Both the position numbers and the translations under genes were made by a program. Below are positions 48,819 to 59,462 of a stretch of 64,000 bases of DNA, in pieces. Below the pieces are notes generated by a model. It worked only from the letters and a program-made list of their open reading frames with translations, was not told the origin of the DNA and did no database searches. This DNA is from an uncultured Verrucomicrobiae bacterium (lineage in GTDB: Bacteria > Verrucomicrobiota > Verrucomicrobiia > Chthoniobacterales > Chthoniobacteraceae), in NCBI GenBank assembly GCA_963769025.1, contig CAVYKI010000006.1:631986-695985 (forward strand), written 5' to 3'. Each line of letters opens with the position of its first letter. Positions within the stretch are counted from its first letter, which is position 1.

Positions 48819-50423
48819 GTGCTCACCAAACTCGCTCAGAAAACCTTCTCCCTCATACATAAAGTGAAACGACTTATCGGACTCGGACCTCGCCAGACTG
48901 GCAACAAACTCATCATCACCGTCGAAAAACTCGAGAAGCGCGTCGCGCTCATGGAGAATGGCATCCTCGAGGAATACAACGTCGAGCGCGCCAACGACCG
49001 CAACATCGTCGGCAGCATCTTCAAGGGCCGCGTGCGCAACATCGAGCAGGGCCTCAAGGCCATGTTCGTGGACATCGGCTACGAAAAAAACGCGTTCCTT
49101 CATTTCTGGGACGCCCTTCCCGCCGCACTCGATGCAGGAGTCGAGGAAGTCGAGCGCACGAACAAAAAGCAGAAGCAGCGCATCACCTCGAAAGACATCC
49201 CGAGCATCTACCCGGTCGGCAGCGAAGTGCTCGTGCAGGTGACCAAGGGCCCCATCAGCACGAAGGGCCCGCGCATTTCCACGAACATCAGCCTCGCCGG
49301 GCGCTTCCTCGTGCTCATGCCCTACAGCGACCAGTGCGGCATCTCGCGGAAAATCGACAACCCCAAGGAGCGCGAACGCCTCCGGAAAATCCTGCGCGAA
49401 CTCAGCGTGCCCGAAGGCATGGGCGTCATCATCCGCACCGTCGGCGAAGGCCAGAAGGCGCGCTATTTCGTCCGCGACATCGCCTACCTCGTCGAGCAGT
49501 GGCGGAGCATCGAGCAGCAGATGAAGGAGAAGAACGCGCCCGCCTGCGTCTTCCAGGAGCCCGACCTCGTCGAGCGCACCGTGCGCGATTTCCTCACCGA
49601 TGAAATCGAGGAGGTCGTGTGCGATGACAAGACCAGCGTGGCGCGCATGCAGGAAATGGTCGGCCAGGTCAGCAAGCGCAGCGTCTCGCGCATCACGCAC
49701 TACACCGAGCCGGTGCCGATTTTCGAGCGCTACGGCGTGCAGAAACAGATCGAGGACGCGTTCCACCGCCAGGTGTGGCTGAAGTGCGGCGGCTACATCG
49801 TCATCGACGAAACCGAGGCGCTCGTCGCCATCGACGTGAACACCGGCCGCAACAAGGGCGCGCGCGACGTGGAGAAAACCATCTTTACGACCAACATCGA
49901 GGCCGTGGACGAAATCGCGCGCCAGCTCCGGCTCCGCAACATCGGCGGCCTCATCATCGGCGACTTCATCGACATGAAGAGCCGCAAGGATCAGCAGACC
50001 GTCTATCAGCGCATGCGCGACCGACTGAAGCGCGACAAGGCGAAGACGCACGTGCTGCCCATCTCGCCGCTCGGCCTCATGGAGATGACGCGCCAGCGCG
50101 CGCAGGAGAGCATCAGCGGTTCCGTCTTCCAGTCCTGCCCGTACTGCAACGGGCGCGGAAAGGTGAAGAGCCCGATGAGCATGAGCGTCGAGATCCAACG
50201 CGAACTCCATCGCGTGATGAAGTACTACGTGGACATCCACGAGGTCCGCGTGCAGCTCCACCCGCACGTCCTCGACCGTCTGCGCAAGGAGGACGAGGAA
50301 TTGCTCGTCGAGATCGAACGCAAATACGCCGGCAAGCTCACCTTCCGCCCCGACCCGACGTATCATCACGAAAAATTCAGCCTGCACGACGCCAACACCG
50401 GCGCGGAGATGAAGATCGTCTGA
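48819..50423 (+). CDS. rng: RNase E/G family endoribonuclease
   Basis: S1 domain, IDVNTG, RQLRLRNIGGLIIGDFIDM and CPYCNG. Confidence 0.92.
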   Translation: MLTKLAQKTFSLIHKVKRLIGLGPRQTGNKLIITVEKLEKRVALMENGILEEYNVERANDRNIVGSIFKGRVRNIEQGLKAMFVDIGYEKNAFLHFWDALPAALDAGVEEVERTNKKQKQRITSKDIPSIYPVGSEVLVQVTKGPISTKGPRISTNISLAGRFLVLMPYSDQCGISRKIDNPKERERLRKILRELSVPEGMGVIIRTVGEGQKARYFVRDIAYLVEQWRSIEQQMKEKNAPACVFQEPDLVERTVRDFLTDEIEEVVCDDKTSVARMQEMVGQVSKRSVSRITHYTEPVPIFERYGVQKQIEDAFHRQVWLKCGGYIVIDETEALVAIDVNTGRNKGARDVEKTIFTTNIEAVDEIARQLRLRNIGGLIIGDFIDMKSRKDQQTVYQRMRDRLKRDKAKTHVLPISPLGLMEMTRQRAQESISGSVFQSCPYCNGRGKVKSPMSMSVEIQRELHRVMKYYVDIHEVRVQLHPHVLDRLRKEDEELLVEIERKYAGKLTFRPDPTYHHEKFSLHDANTGAEMKIV

Positions 50424-50436
50424 CCCGCCCTCCCGG

Positions 50437-51558
50437 ATGCTTGCGCGGCTTAGCGGGATCCTCCTGCCACGGCGTGGCCATGTCTCACTGCTGATCGCAA
50501 TTCTTGCCTGTTCGGCCGCCTGGAATCCTGACGCACCGGCGGCAGAGAATTCCCGCCCCGTCGTCGGTGCGATCCGATGGGATGGCTGGCAGGCGGATGG
50601 TGTGGTGGGAGCAGCGGTGAGCAAGTCGCTCACGCCGCCGAAGTGGCGGAATCGCCTGCCATTTTTCGCCAAGCTTCGCGCGGACGGCTCGCCGGAATTG
50701 CGGGGCGATACCCCGGCGGTGATGACCGCCGAGATCGCCGCAGCAAAAACCGCGCACCTCGACTACTGGGCATTCCTCGCCTACGACGAAGCGGACCCGA
50801 TGAGCCGTGGCCTGCAGCTCTATCTGGCAGTTCCGAAGCGGGGCGACGTGAACTTCTGCATGATCAGCGAAACCGCCCGCTGGCAGCGGGGCAACGTGGC
50901 GGCGCAGGCGGAACGCTTCGCGAAGCTCATGTCCGAACCGGGCTATCAGCGCGTCGCCGGTGGCCGTCCGCTCTTTTACTTTCTGCACCACGACACCGGG
51001 ACGGTCGAAAAGTCCTGGGGCGGCGCCGGGGGTTTTCGCGAAGCAGCGGACAAACTCAAGGCGGCCGCCGCGGCTCGCGGGCTGCCTGCACCGTATCTGG
51101 TCGTGATGACCTACGATGTGACAGCAGCCAAGGCGCTCGTTGATGCTGCGGGACTGGATGCGATCAGCGCCTACGCCTTTCAGCGCGGCGATGACCGTGC
51201 GCCTTATGCGAAGCTCACGGCTGACTTGGAAAAGTTCTGGGAAATCCAGCGCTCCACGCGTGCTGCAGTCGTCCCCCTCGCGATGGCAGGCTGGGATCGC
51301 CGCCCGCGTGTCCAGAACCCCGTGCCTTGGGAGCACTTTGGCGGCACGATGAACAAGTATTATGAAACGGCCACTGCGGATCAGGTGGCCACTCACGTCC
51401 ACTCAGCGGTCAAGTGGGCGCAGAGCCACGCAGCGGACTGCCCTGCGCAAGCGGTGATCATCTACGCATGGAACGAGTTTGATGAAGGCGGCTGGCTTTG
51501 CCCAACGCTGACCGACGGCGATGCACGCGTCCGTGCCTTGGGCCGTGTGCTGAAGTGA
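50437..51558 (+). CDS. Secreted putative glycoside hydrolase (GH99/GH71-like)
   Basis: Signal peptide, GRPLFY, GWDRRPR and IYAWNEFDEGGWLCP. Confidence 0.6.
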   Translation: MLARLSGILLPRRGHVSLLIAILACSAAWNPDAPAAENSRPVVGAIRWDGWQADGVVGAAVSKSLTPPKWRNRLPFFAKLRADGSPELRGDTPAVMTAEIAAAKTAHLDYWAFLAYDEADPMSRGLQLYLAVPKRGDVNFCMISETARWQRGNVAAQAERFAKLMSEPGYQRVAGGRPLFYFLHHDTGTVEKSWGGAGGFREAADKLKAAAAARGLPAPYLVVMTYDVTAAKALVDAAGLDAISAYAFQRGDDRAPYAKLTADLEKFWEIQRSTRAAVVPLAMAGWDRRPRVQNPVPWEHFGGTMNKYYETATADQVATHVHSAVKWAQSHAADCPAQAVIIYAWNEFDEGGWLCPTLTDGDARVRALGRVLK

Positions 51559-51593
51559 ACGTGCGCCAGCCCCGCAGGAGCCGGGCAAGGCAG

Positions 51594-51611
51594 TTCACAA
51601 GATTGTGACAT
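51594..51611 (+). promoter_or_regulatory. Possible OmpR/PhoB-type operator
   Basis: TTCACA and GTGACA 11 bp apart (also a TCACAA-GA-TTGTGA palindrome), ~50 bp upstream of the regulator. Confidence 0.4.
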
Positions 51612-51659
51612 GACGCCGCTTGATGCCTCGCCGGAGCCAGCGACAGTGGCGACGCTTCA

Positions 51660-52358
51660 ATGAGCAAACCATCCAGCAAGAAAATCCTGGTCGCTGAGGA
51701 CGAAGATGACGTCCGGCGGCTCGTCTGCAACAGCCTGAAGAATGCCGGCTTCGCCACGCTGGAAGCCGGCGACGGCCCCGGCGCGCTCGAAGCCGCGCGC
51801 ACCCATCTCCCCGCGCTGCTCGTGCTCGACCTCATGCTCCCCGGCATGCAGGGCCTCGAAGTCTGTCGCGCGCTGAAAGTCGGCGCGGAGACGAAAGGCA
51901 TCCCCATCCTCATGCTCACCGCCAAGGCCGAGGAAGTGGACCGCATCGTCGGCTTTGAGCTCGGCGCGGACGACTACATGACGAAGCCCTTCAGCCCACG
52001 CGAACTCGTCCTGCGCGTGCAGAGCATCCTGCGCCGCGCCTCCGGCCAGCCCGCCGAGGATGCCGTCATCAGGCTCGGCGAAATCACCGTGGACCGCACG
52101 CAGCACAAGGTTTCCATCAAAGGCAAACCGCTCGAACTGACCGCCACGGAATTCAAGCTCCTCGCCACGCTCATGGAACGCCGCGGCCGCGTGCAGAGCC
52201 GTGACGTGCTCCTCAACGACGTGTGGAGCTACGAGAGCTTCATCGACACGCGCACCGTGGACACGCATGTGCGCCGCCTCCGCGAAAAACTCGGCAAGGC
52301 CGGCAGCTACCTCGAAACCGTCCGCGGTTTCGGCTATCGGATGGCGAACTTGCCGTAG
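51660..52358 (+). CDS. OmpR/PhoB-family response regulator
   Basis: LDLMLPG, GADDYMTKPF, LTATEFKLL, RTVDTHVRRLR and TVRGFGY. Confidence 0.95.
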   Translation: MSKPSSKKILVAEDEDDVRRLVCNSLKNAGFATLEAGDGPGALEAARTHLPALLVLDLMLPGMQGLEVCRALKVGAETKGIPILMLTAKAEEVDRIVGFELGADDYMTKPFSPRELVLRVQSILRRASGQPAEDAVIRLGEITVDRTQHKVSIKGKPLELTATEFKLLATLMERRGRVQSRDVLLNDVWSYESFIDTRTVDTHVRRLREKLGKAGSYLETVRGFGYRMANLP

Positions 52359-52373
52359 CGCTCGCCCAAAACT

Positions 52374-54815
52374 TTACTTTTTAAAGGCACGGAGCGCCTT
52401 GCCGTCCCCGACATTCCACACGCGCAGGACGCCGTCGTGCCCGCCGGCCGCGACGGTCTTTCCGTCGGCGGTGACCGCGCTCGCCTGCACGAAATCGGCG
52501 ACCTCCGGGAAGCTGCGGACTTCCTTCCCATCGAGCGCCAGCAGCCGGACTTTGCTGTCGCCCGAGCTGGTGATGAGTTGTTCGCCGGTGCCGGCGAAAC
52601 GTACGGAAGTTACCTCCTTGTCGTAGCCCTCGATGTTTTTCTTCCGGTCGCCGGTCGTAAAATCCCACACTTTGACAACGTTGTCCGCGCCAGCGGTTAC
52701 CAGCGTGCGACCGTCCGGGCTCCATGCGATACCGAGGATGTGATGGGTGTGTCCCTCGAACGACTTCGCGACTTTCCAGGATGCGAGTTCGATGACGCGC
52801 GCCACTTTGTCCGCTGCTCCGGAAGCGAGGAATTTTCCATCGGCGGAGAACGCGAGAGCGAGCACGGTGTCGCTGTGAATGTTCGGGAATTCGCGCGCTG
52901 CCTTTCCACTCTGGATGTCCCAGATCTTGATTTCCCCGCCGCGCGAAGGTTCGCCGCCGCCGATGGCGAGAAATTTTCCATCCGGGCTGAACGCGAGGGA
53001 CTCGACACGATCCACAAGCGGTGATTTCCCGTCCGCGCTGCCGATGACGCCTTCGAGCTTCCATACCGGCGCGAGATTCCACGCGAGCGACATGCCGTCG
53101 GCGGCGGTGGCGATCAATTCGCCCTTCGGCGCTCCCGGCGCGGATGGCGCCGGCGAGAAGGCTAGCGCGGTGACTGCCTCCGCATGGCCTTTCAGGACAT
53201 CGAACGCGGCACCGGTCTCCGCGCTCCACGTGTGAATCAGCCGATCGTCGCCAGCCGTGGCGATCGTCGAACCGTCCGGCGAAAATGCCGCAGTGCGAAT
53301 CGGCTGCTCGGCTGCAGTCACGGCCTCTCGCGCCGCCTTCGATGTGTCTTCCGCCTTTTTCCGCGCGGCTTCGACGGTGTCCACGACCTTCTTCGCCTCG
53401 GCAATGCCTGCGGTGATTTTTTCCTGCTCGGCCTTCGCGAGCCGCGCTTCCGTCTCGGCGGCGTCCTTTGCCACGATGGCCTTTTTTAACGCCTCCTCGG
53501 CATCTGTGAGCAGCTTGGCGGAGGGCGCGGCCTTGTCGGCGGCCTGCTTGTGTTGTGCTGCGCGTGCCTCGCGCTCGATGCGCAGCTTTGCCGCCTCCTG
53601 CAGCGCTGCGGATGCATCGGCCACGACTTTCGCCGAATCCACAGCGGCCGTGCCCTTGAGCGCGTCGGCGGCGGTTGTCGCAAGCTGCGCGGCCTTCGTC
53701 GCGGCTGCCTGCAAGGCATCATCCGCCTTCTTCAATTCGGCCTCCGCGTCGGCGATCGGCTTGTCGAACGCGGCCTTCGCGGCCTTCGCATCCGCCAGCG
53801 CCTTCTCCTTCGCGGTCACATCCTGCTGTTTCGGCGCGATGGCCTCGGCGGACTTCTTCGTGCGATCCTGTGCGGCCAGCAGCGACTTCTCGGCGGCCGC
53901 CACCGCAGCCTTTTGAAACGTCACGGTTCCCGTCGCGATCGCCAGTTCGCGTTCGCGCTGGTCCGCGAGTTCGCGCACGTGCCGGTTCCCGCGCAGCTCG
54001 GCGATCGCCTTGCCATCAGCGCCGAGCAGCTTCGCCACGTTGCCTTCGATCGTCACCGAGCGCTGGCCGTCGGAGCGCGCGACTTTTGCGCCCGCTTCCG
54101 GTGCTTTTGCAGCCTGCGCGGAAGGACGCCCTTCAGGAATCACGCGACGCCAGAGCTTCACCTCGCGATACGCGCCGGAGGCGATGAGCGTTCCATCCGG
54201 GTTCGCCGCGAGTGCGTTCACCTGGTCGCGGTGCGCAATTTCTTCCATGACCTTGGCGCCGGAAGGCAGGTGGTAAATCGCGAGACGGTTCGCCCGCGAG
54301 CACGCGGCAAACTGCCCGTCGGGCGTGACGGTGACGGAATGGATGGCGTTCAGGCTGTCGGGCAGCGGCTGCCAGGCGATGACGCGTTCGGTTTTTGGCG
54401 ACGGCTTCGCGCCTTGATCGATCCACAGCCTGAGCAGCGCGAGCTGCTGGCCCGTGAGGTCCTTCGCCTTCGCCTTGTTGTCGCGCGGCGGCATTTTCAA
54501 ATCATCGTCCTGATGCGCCGCGGCTTGGAGCACGAGGCTCTCCGCGCCCTTGCCCGGCTTCACGCCCGGCCCCGTGTCGCCGCCTTTGAGCATGAGCTCG
54601 GGCGTCTCCATGTTCAGCCCGCCCTTGGTCGTCGTCTTGCAGTGGCAGGAGAGGCAGTTGTCGCGGAGGAATGGCGCGACCTCGCGCTCGAAGTCCACCG
54701 GCGTCGAGCGGTCGAGCGGCGCGATCTCCAGCGGCGCGGCGAAGGCCCGGCCACTCAGCGAACAGGCGATGGCGATGGCGAAGGCGAAGGCGAATTTGGG
54801 AAGCAGGTGTTTCAT
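52374..54815 (-). CDS. Planctomycete cytochrome c domain + coiled coil + WD40 protein
   Basis: NCLSCH, KMPP, WIDQGA, long Ala/Lys coiled coil and WD40 repeats. Confidence 0.85.
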   Translation of the reverse strand: MKHLLPKFAFAFAIAIACSLSGRAFAAPLEIAPLDRSTPVDFEREVAPFLRDNCLSCHCKTTTKGGLNMETPELMLKGGDTGPGVKPGKGAESLVLQAAAHQDDDLKMPPRDNKAKAKDLTGQQLALLRLWIDQGAKPSPKTERVIAWQPLPDSLNAIHSVTVTPDGQFAACSRANRLAIYHLPSGAKVMEEIAHRDQVNALAANPDGTLIASGAYREVKLWRRVIPEGRPSAQAAKAPEAGAKVARSDGQRSVTIEGNVAKLLGADGKAIAELRGNRHVRELADQRERELAIATGTVTFQKAAVAAAEKSLLAAQDRTKKSAEAIAPKQQDVTAKEKALADAKAAKAAFDKPIADAEAELKKADDALQAAATKAAQLATTAADALKGTAAVDSAKVVADASAALQEAAKLRIEREARAAQHKQAADKAAPSAKLLTDAEEALKKAIVAKDAAETEARLAKAEQEKITAGIAEAKKVVDTVEAARKKAEDTSKAAREAVTAAEQPIRTAAFSPDGSTIATAGDDRLIHTWSAETGAAFDVLKGHAEAVTALAFSPAPSAPGAPKGELIATAADGMSLAWNLAPVWKLEGVIGSADGKSPLVDRVESLAFSPDGKFLAIGGGEPSRGGEIKIWDIQSGKAAREFPNIHSDTVLALAFSADGKFLASGAADKVARVIELASWKVAKSFEGHTHHILGIAWSPDGRTLVTAGADNVVKVWDFTTGDRKKNIEGYDKEVTSVRFAGTGEQLITSSGDSKVRLLALDGKEVRSFPEVADFVQASAVTADGKTVAAGGHDGVLRVWNVGDGKALRAFKK

Positions 54816-56936
54816 TGGATCGCGATGCGGATGGGCGGGGAATAGACCGTCACCGTGGTGTCCTTGTTCCGGTACTTCCCCTTGGTCTGGGTGGTGAAAT
54901 AGATCGTGCTCTCCCCTGCCGGAAGCTTGAGCGCCTGGAGGTCGAGCGTCGCGATGACGGTCGCAGCCTTCGGGTCCACATCGAGTTCCTTCATCGTTTC
55001 GACGGCGGCGAGTCCCGCAGCCTTGAGTTTGAGCGCTTCCTTGAATTCCGGAGCGCGGGTGATCTTCAGCGGAATCTCGATCTTCCCGCCTGCGGCCACC
55101 GCCCACGTCTTGTCCTCGGCTGGCTCGATGCGCAGCGGCGCGGCTTCCGCGTCGTTCACCGCGAGGAGCAGCTCCGCCGTGAAACGGGACTGCACCGCGT
55201 CGACGTTGTAATCGGTCACGCCCCAAATGACGCTCCCGCTGGAGGCGTGACGGCGCACTTCATTTCCGCCGATCTTCGCCTTTCCGATGACGCCAAATGC
55301 GACGCAGGCCTTGGCCGGCCTGTCACCGGCTGTGAGCAGGAGCAGCGCATCCGTTTTTCCAGCCTCGATTTTCGTAGGGATGCACCGCACGCCATCCGGG
55401 AGTCCTTCCGCGCTGAGCTCGATCTCACCCGCGAATCCATCGCGACGGACCGCGAGCACTTTCACCGTGGTCGTCTCACCCGCTCGAAGCAGCAGCCCGC
55501 GCGGGGCGGCACTGCGGTCGTCCTTTTTCGAAAGCGGCGCCTCCACAATCGCGACGAGCCGGAAATCCGGCGCCTCCTTGCGGATCGTGAGCCGGTAGGT
55601 GCTCGCGGGATTGTCGCGCGTAGCCCCGAGAAGGTCGCGCACGGACACGCGATACGTGCCGTCGTCCTTCGCCTCGAAGCGGAACGCGGGATCGTTGCTC
55701 ATCGTCGCGAACTTCTTCCCGCCCGGGTCCGCGTCCGAGGCATACACTTCCTTGATGTCGGCGCCTTCGCGCTGCACGAGCAGGAACGGACTCGTCACCC
55801 GGCCCGGGCGGTGGGAAATAACCTCCATCCAGTAAACATCGCCCTTCTTCGCGTCGAAGGTGTAGCAGTCCACATCCGCCGCCGGAAAAAACTGCGCGGC
55901 GACCTCGCACGGAACCGTGATTTTCTGCGCCTGCCCCGCCTTGTTGTTCGGCTCGGCCTCGCGGACGAGCGACGTGGTTGAGAATCCGATGAAGACGAGA
56001 TTCGAGGCTCCCTCCGGTCCGTTGAGGCGGTAGCAGAAACCATCGGCGACGGCGGACGCGGGTCGGCTGCAGCGATCTCTCGCCGCGGCTTCCAAGGATG
56101 GAATCGCGATTTCGACCTCCAGCTTTTCGAGCGGCTTTCGGTCGCCGGCGCTGAAGCCTGCCGGCTTACCGCCAGGGAGCCCGCGGCCGTAGAGCGTGAA
56201 TGTCGCCTTTGTGCCAGCGACGCCCGCGGGCGGGAAAATGAAATCCACCAGCGGTCCCTTGGAAATCTTCAGCCGGTAAAAATACTCCGGCCCTCCTGCA
56301 AACGTGAGATCGTGCAATTTCGCAAAGTACTGCCCGTCGGCCGGCACGGCAAAATCCAGCAGGCCGCCTTTGCGAACGGATTCGAGTTCCCGCGCGCTGG
56401 CGTCGAGCACGGCGATGACCGGAGTCATCCGCGAATCGATCTCTCGCGCGGCACATTCGATCAGGATGCGCTCGCCCTTCTTCGCGGAAAACCTGAACCA
56501 GTCTTCGATGGCTGCCGTCGCGTTCCCATTGAAAACGCTCCCAGACCGGCAGTTCGACCGCCGCCTCGGCCTTGTCGTGCGCCTTGGTGCGCGTGATTTC
56601 CGGACGTTCCCCCGCGACAAATGTGCGGGGATTGGAAACACCGAGGCGCCCGATCACGCGAACGTCGAAAATTCCCGCCGGAACCTCCGGCGCGATTTTG
56701 ACGAGAAAACGATTCGGCGCCTTCAGCGTCGCGGTGATTCCGGGATGCGAAAAATGGAGCCCGTTCGCCTCGTCCAGATCCGTCCCGGCGACGGTGACTT
56801 CGACTTCGCCACCGATCTTCCCACCCGGCGGCGTGACCGTCGTCAGCACGGCCACGGGCAGCTCGGCAAAACTTCCCGAAACGAAGGCCGCGATGCAGGC
56901 ACATCCGGCGAGAAACGAAAAGAGACGGCGGCTCAT
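54812..56936 (-). CDS. PPC-domain ('serine protease'-annotated) secreted protein; frameshift ~56545
   Basis: PPGGKIG, GVSNPRTF, EDWFRFSAKKGE, EAEPNN and DCYTFDAKKG. Confidence 0.75.
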
Positions 56937-56978
56937 GACACGACACAGAGGCCGGACTGCAGGTTCGGTCACCACGGC

Positions 56979-59458
56979 CTAGTGATTGAAAAGGAATTCC
57001 TTCGTGTTGAGGATCGCCCAGAGGACATCCTCGTAACCATCGCGCTTCGCCCGCAGCGGATCGAGCGGCTTGCCGTCTGCGCCGTTGCGCGGCTTTTCCA
57101 GATGCGCCCGCGCGAGGGAAATCTCCGCGGAATCCGGCTCGCGGGAGTAGGCGAGCTGGTAAAGTTCGCGCAGTTTTTCCTCGTCGCTGCGCGGGTCCGC
57201 GGCGAGTTGCGCGGAGCGGCCCGTGGCGGACGAAAGCTTGTCCTGGATGTCCTTGGCATTCAGCAGATGCAGGCACTGCGCGAGGCTGGCTTCCTGCGTG
57301 CGCTCGCATTCGCAGGCGCTCGATGACTCGGGCCTTCCAAACACGACGAGGAAATACGAACTCGCGTTGAAGCTGTTGTCCGGGAGCGAAATCGCACGCC
57401 TGTCCAGCGGGAAGCCCTGGGAAGCTGCTTGGGATATTCGTCAGGTGGTTCAGCGCGTCGAAGAGCACCTCGGCCGGCAGGCGGCGCGGATAGTAGCGCG
57501 AGAAGTTCTGCCGGTCGTTCTTGTTGAACTCATTCGGCAGCGCGCTGAACTGATAGGTCTGCGAGCGCGTCATCTCGCGGATGAGATCCTTCATGTCGTA
57601 GCCGCTTTCCACGAAACGCTTCGCCAGCGCGTCGAGCAGTTCGGGGTTCGACGGCGGGTTCGTCTCGCGCATGTCGTCCTCGGGCTCGACGATGCCGCGG
57701 TTGAAGAAGTGCTTCCAGTAGCGGTTCACGAGCGCCTTCGCGAAGAACGGGTTGTCCTTGTTGCTCATCCAGTCCGCCAGCACGAGCCGCGGATCGTCCT
57801 CCGGCGAGATTTCCTGCGGCACCGCGCCGAGTCCCGCGGGCTTCACGGGCTGCTTCGTCTTCTTGTTCACCGCCGTCGCCGCGCCGCGCTTGTGGAAAAT
57901 CATCTCGTTTTCCTTCGTCGTCGTGGCCTTGCGCCCCACCTGCGAGAAGAACGCCGAGAAGCTGTAATAATCCTGCTGGCTCCACTTCTCGTACGGGTGG
58001 TGATGGCACTGCGCGCATTGGAGTCGCATGCCGAGGAAAAGCTGCGCCGTGTCCTCGAGTTGTTGCTGCGAATCCTTCACCTGGCGGTACCACGCCACGG
58101 GCGGGTTTTCCTCGATCTCGCCGCTCGCGGCGACGACCTCGCGGACGAACTGGTCATACGGCTTGTTCGAGAGCATCGCGTCGCGAATCCACGCGTGGAA
58201 CGCGAACGTGCCGCGCGCCTCGGCCGGCTTCGTGCGCTTGTTGCGGAGCAGCGCACTCCATTTGCCCGCGAAAAAGTCCGCGTATTCCGCACTGGCGAGC
58301 AGTGAATCGATGAACTTGTCGCGCTTCTTCGGATCCGCGTCCGCGACGAAGCGGCGGGTTTCCTCCAGCGTCGGGATGCGGCCTGCGATGTCGAGGCTCG
58401 CACGGCGGATAAAGGTCGCGTCGTCGCACAGCGGCGAGGGCGGCATGCCGATGGTCTTGAGCTTTGCGAAGACGAGCTCGTCGATGAAGTTCGTGGGCTT
58501 CGGGAGATTCTCCACGGTCACACCGAGCGGCGCGGTCGCGTGGAAAACCGCGACTTTCCCCTGGTAGCGCACCATCACGCCGACATCGCCGGGCTGGTCG
58601 AACATCGTCACGCGTCCGTCCTCCTCCGCCTTCGCCATGCTCTTGTCGTTCGGTTCGTAGAGCGCGCTGCGGGTGACATCCTGCATCGAGCCGTCGCTGT
58701 AGCGCGCGAGCACCACGAGCTGCTGCTCACCGTTGAGTGTCATCGTGCGCTTCTTCGGCAGCACTTCGACGGATGCGATCACCGGGTCCGTTTCCTTGCC
58801 GTAGGGCATGCCCTGCGCAATCCAGCTCACGAGCAGGCGGTGTTCGTCGGAATTCGGTTCGAGCCGCTTGCCGCCGCCGTGGGGCGTCACGCCGAATCCC
58901 TTCAGGAGCAGCAGACTGTTCTCCGGCGATGCGGGGAAAATGCGGCGTCCGCGGGCCTCCTTCACGAGATGCTCGTAGTCTTCGGCCGGCTCGAAGCCGA
59001 GCAGCGAGAGCTTGAATCCATTCTGCCCGCTCGCCTTGCCGTGGCAGCCGCCGGAGTTGCAGCCCGCCTTCGTGAAGATCGGCACGATTTGATTCGGGAA
59101 ATTGATCGGCTCGACGATGCCGGATTTCTCGACCTTCACCGCCAGCGATGTGGAGACGCCGTCCGATGTCGCGGTAATCGTCGCGGTGCCGTCAGCCACC
59201 GCGGTCACGAGGCCGGATTCATCCACCGCCACGATGCCTGCGGGCGCGGCGCTGTATTTCACGCGTCGCGTGAAGTCGCGCTCGGCGTGATTTTCAAACG
59301 CCGCGGTCACCAGCACCTGCTGCCGCGCATCTTTGCCGCGAAGCGTGAGTGTCGCGGCGCCGGTGGAATCAATCCGGAGACTCTTGAGGCTTCCGTCGCC
59401 AGACGTTGCAGCGAGGGCAGAAGGCCGATGAAAGGAGGAGGGCGATGAGGAGTTTCAT
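56979..59458 (-). CDS. DUF1549/DUF1553 protein with Ig-like (Big_2) domains; frameshifts ~59425 and ~57400
   Basis: GCNSGGCHG, FIRRASLDIAGRIPT, CAQCHHHP, VNRYWKHFF and FGRPESSSACECER. Confidence 0.85.
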
Positions 59459-59462
59459 GGTT

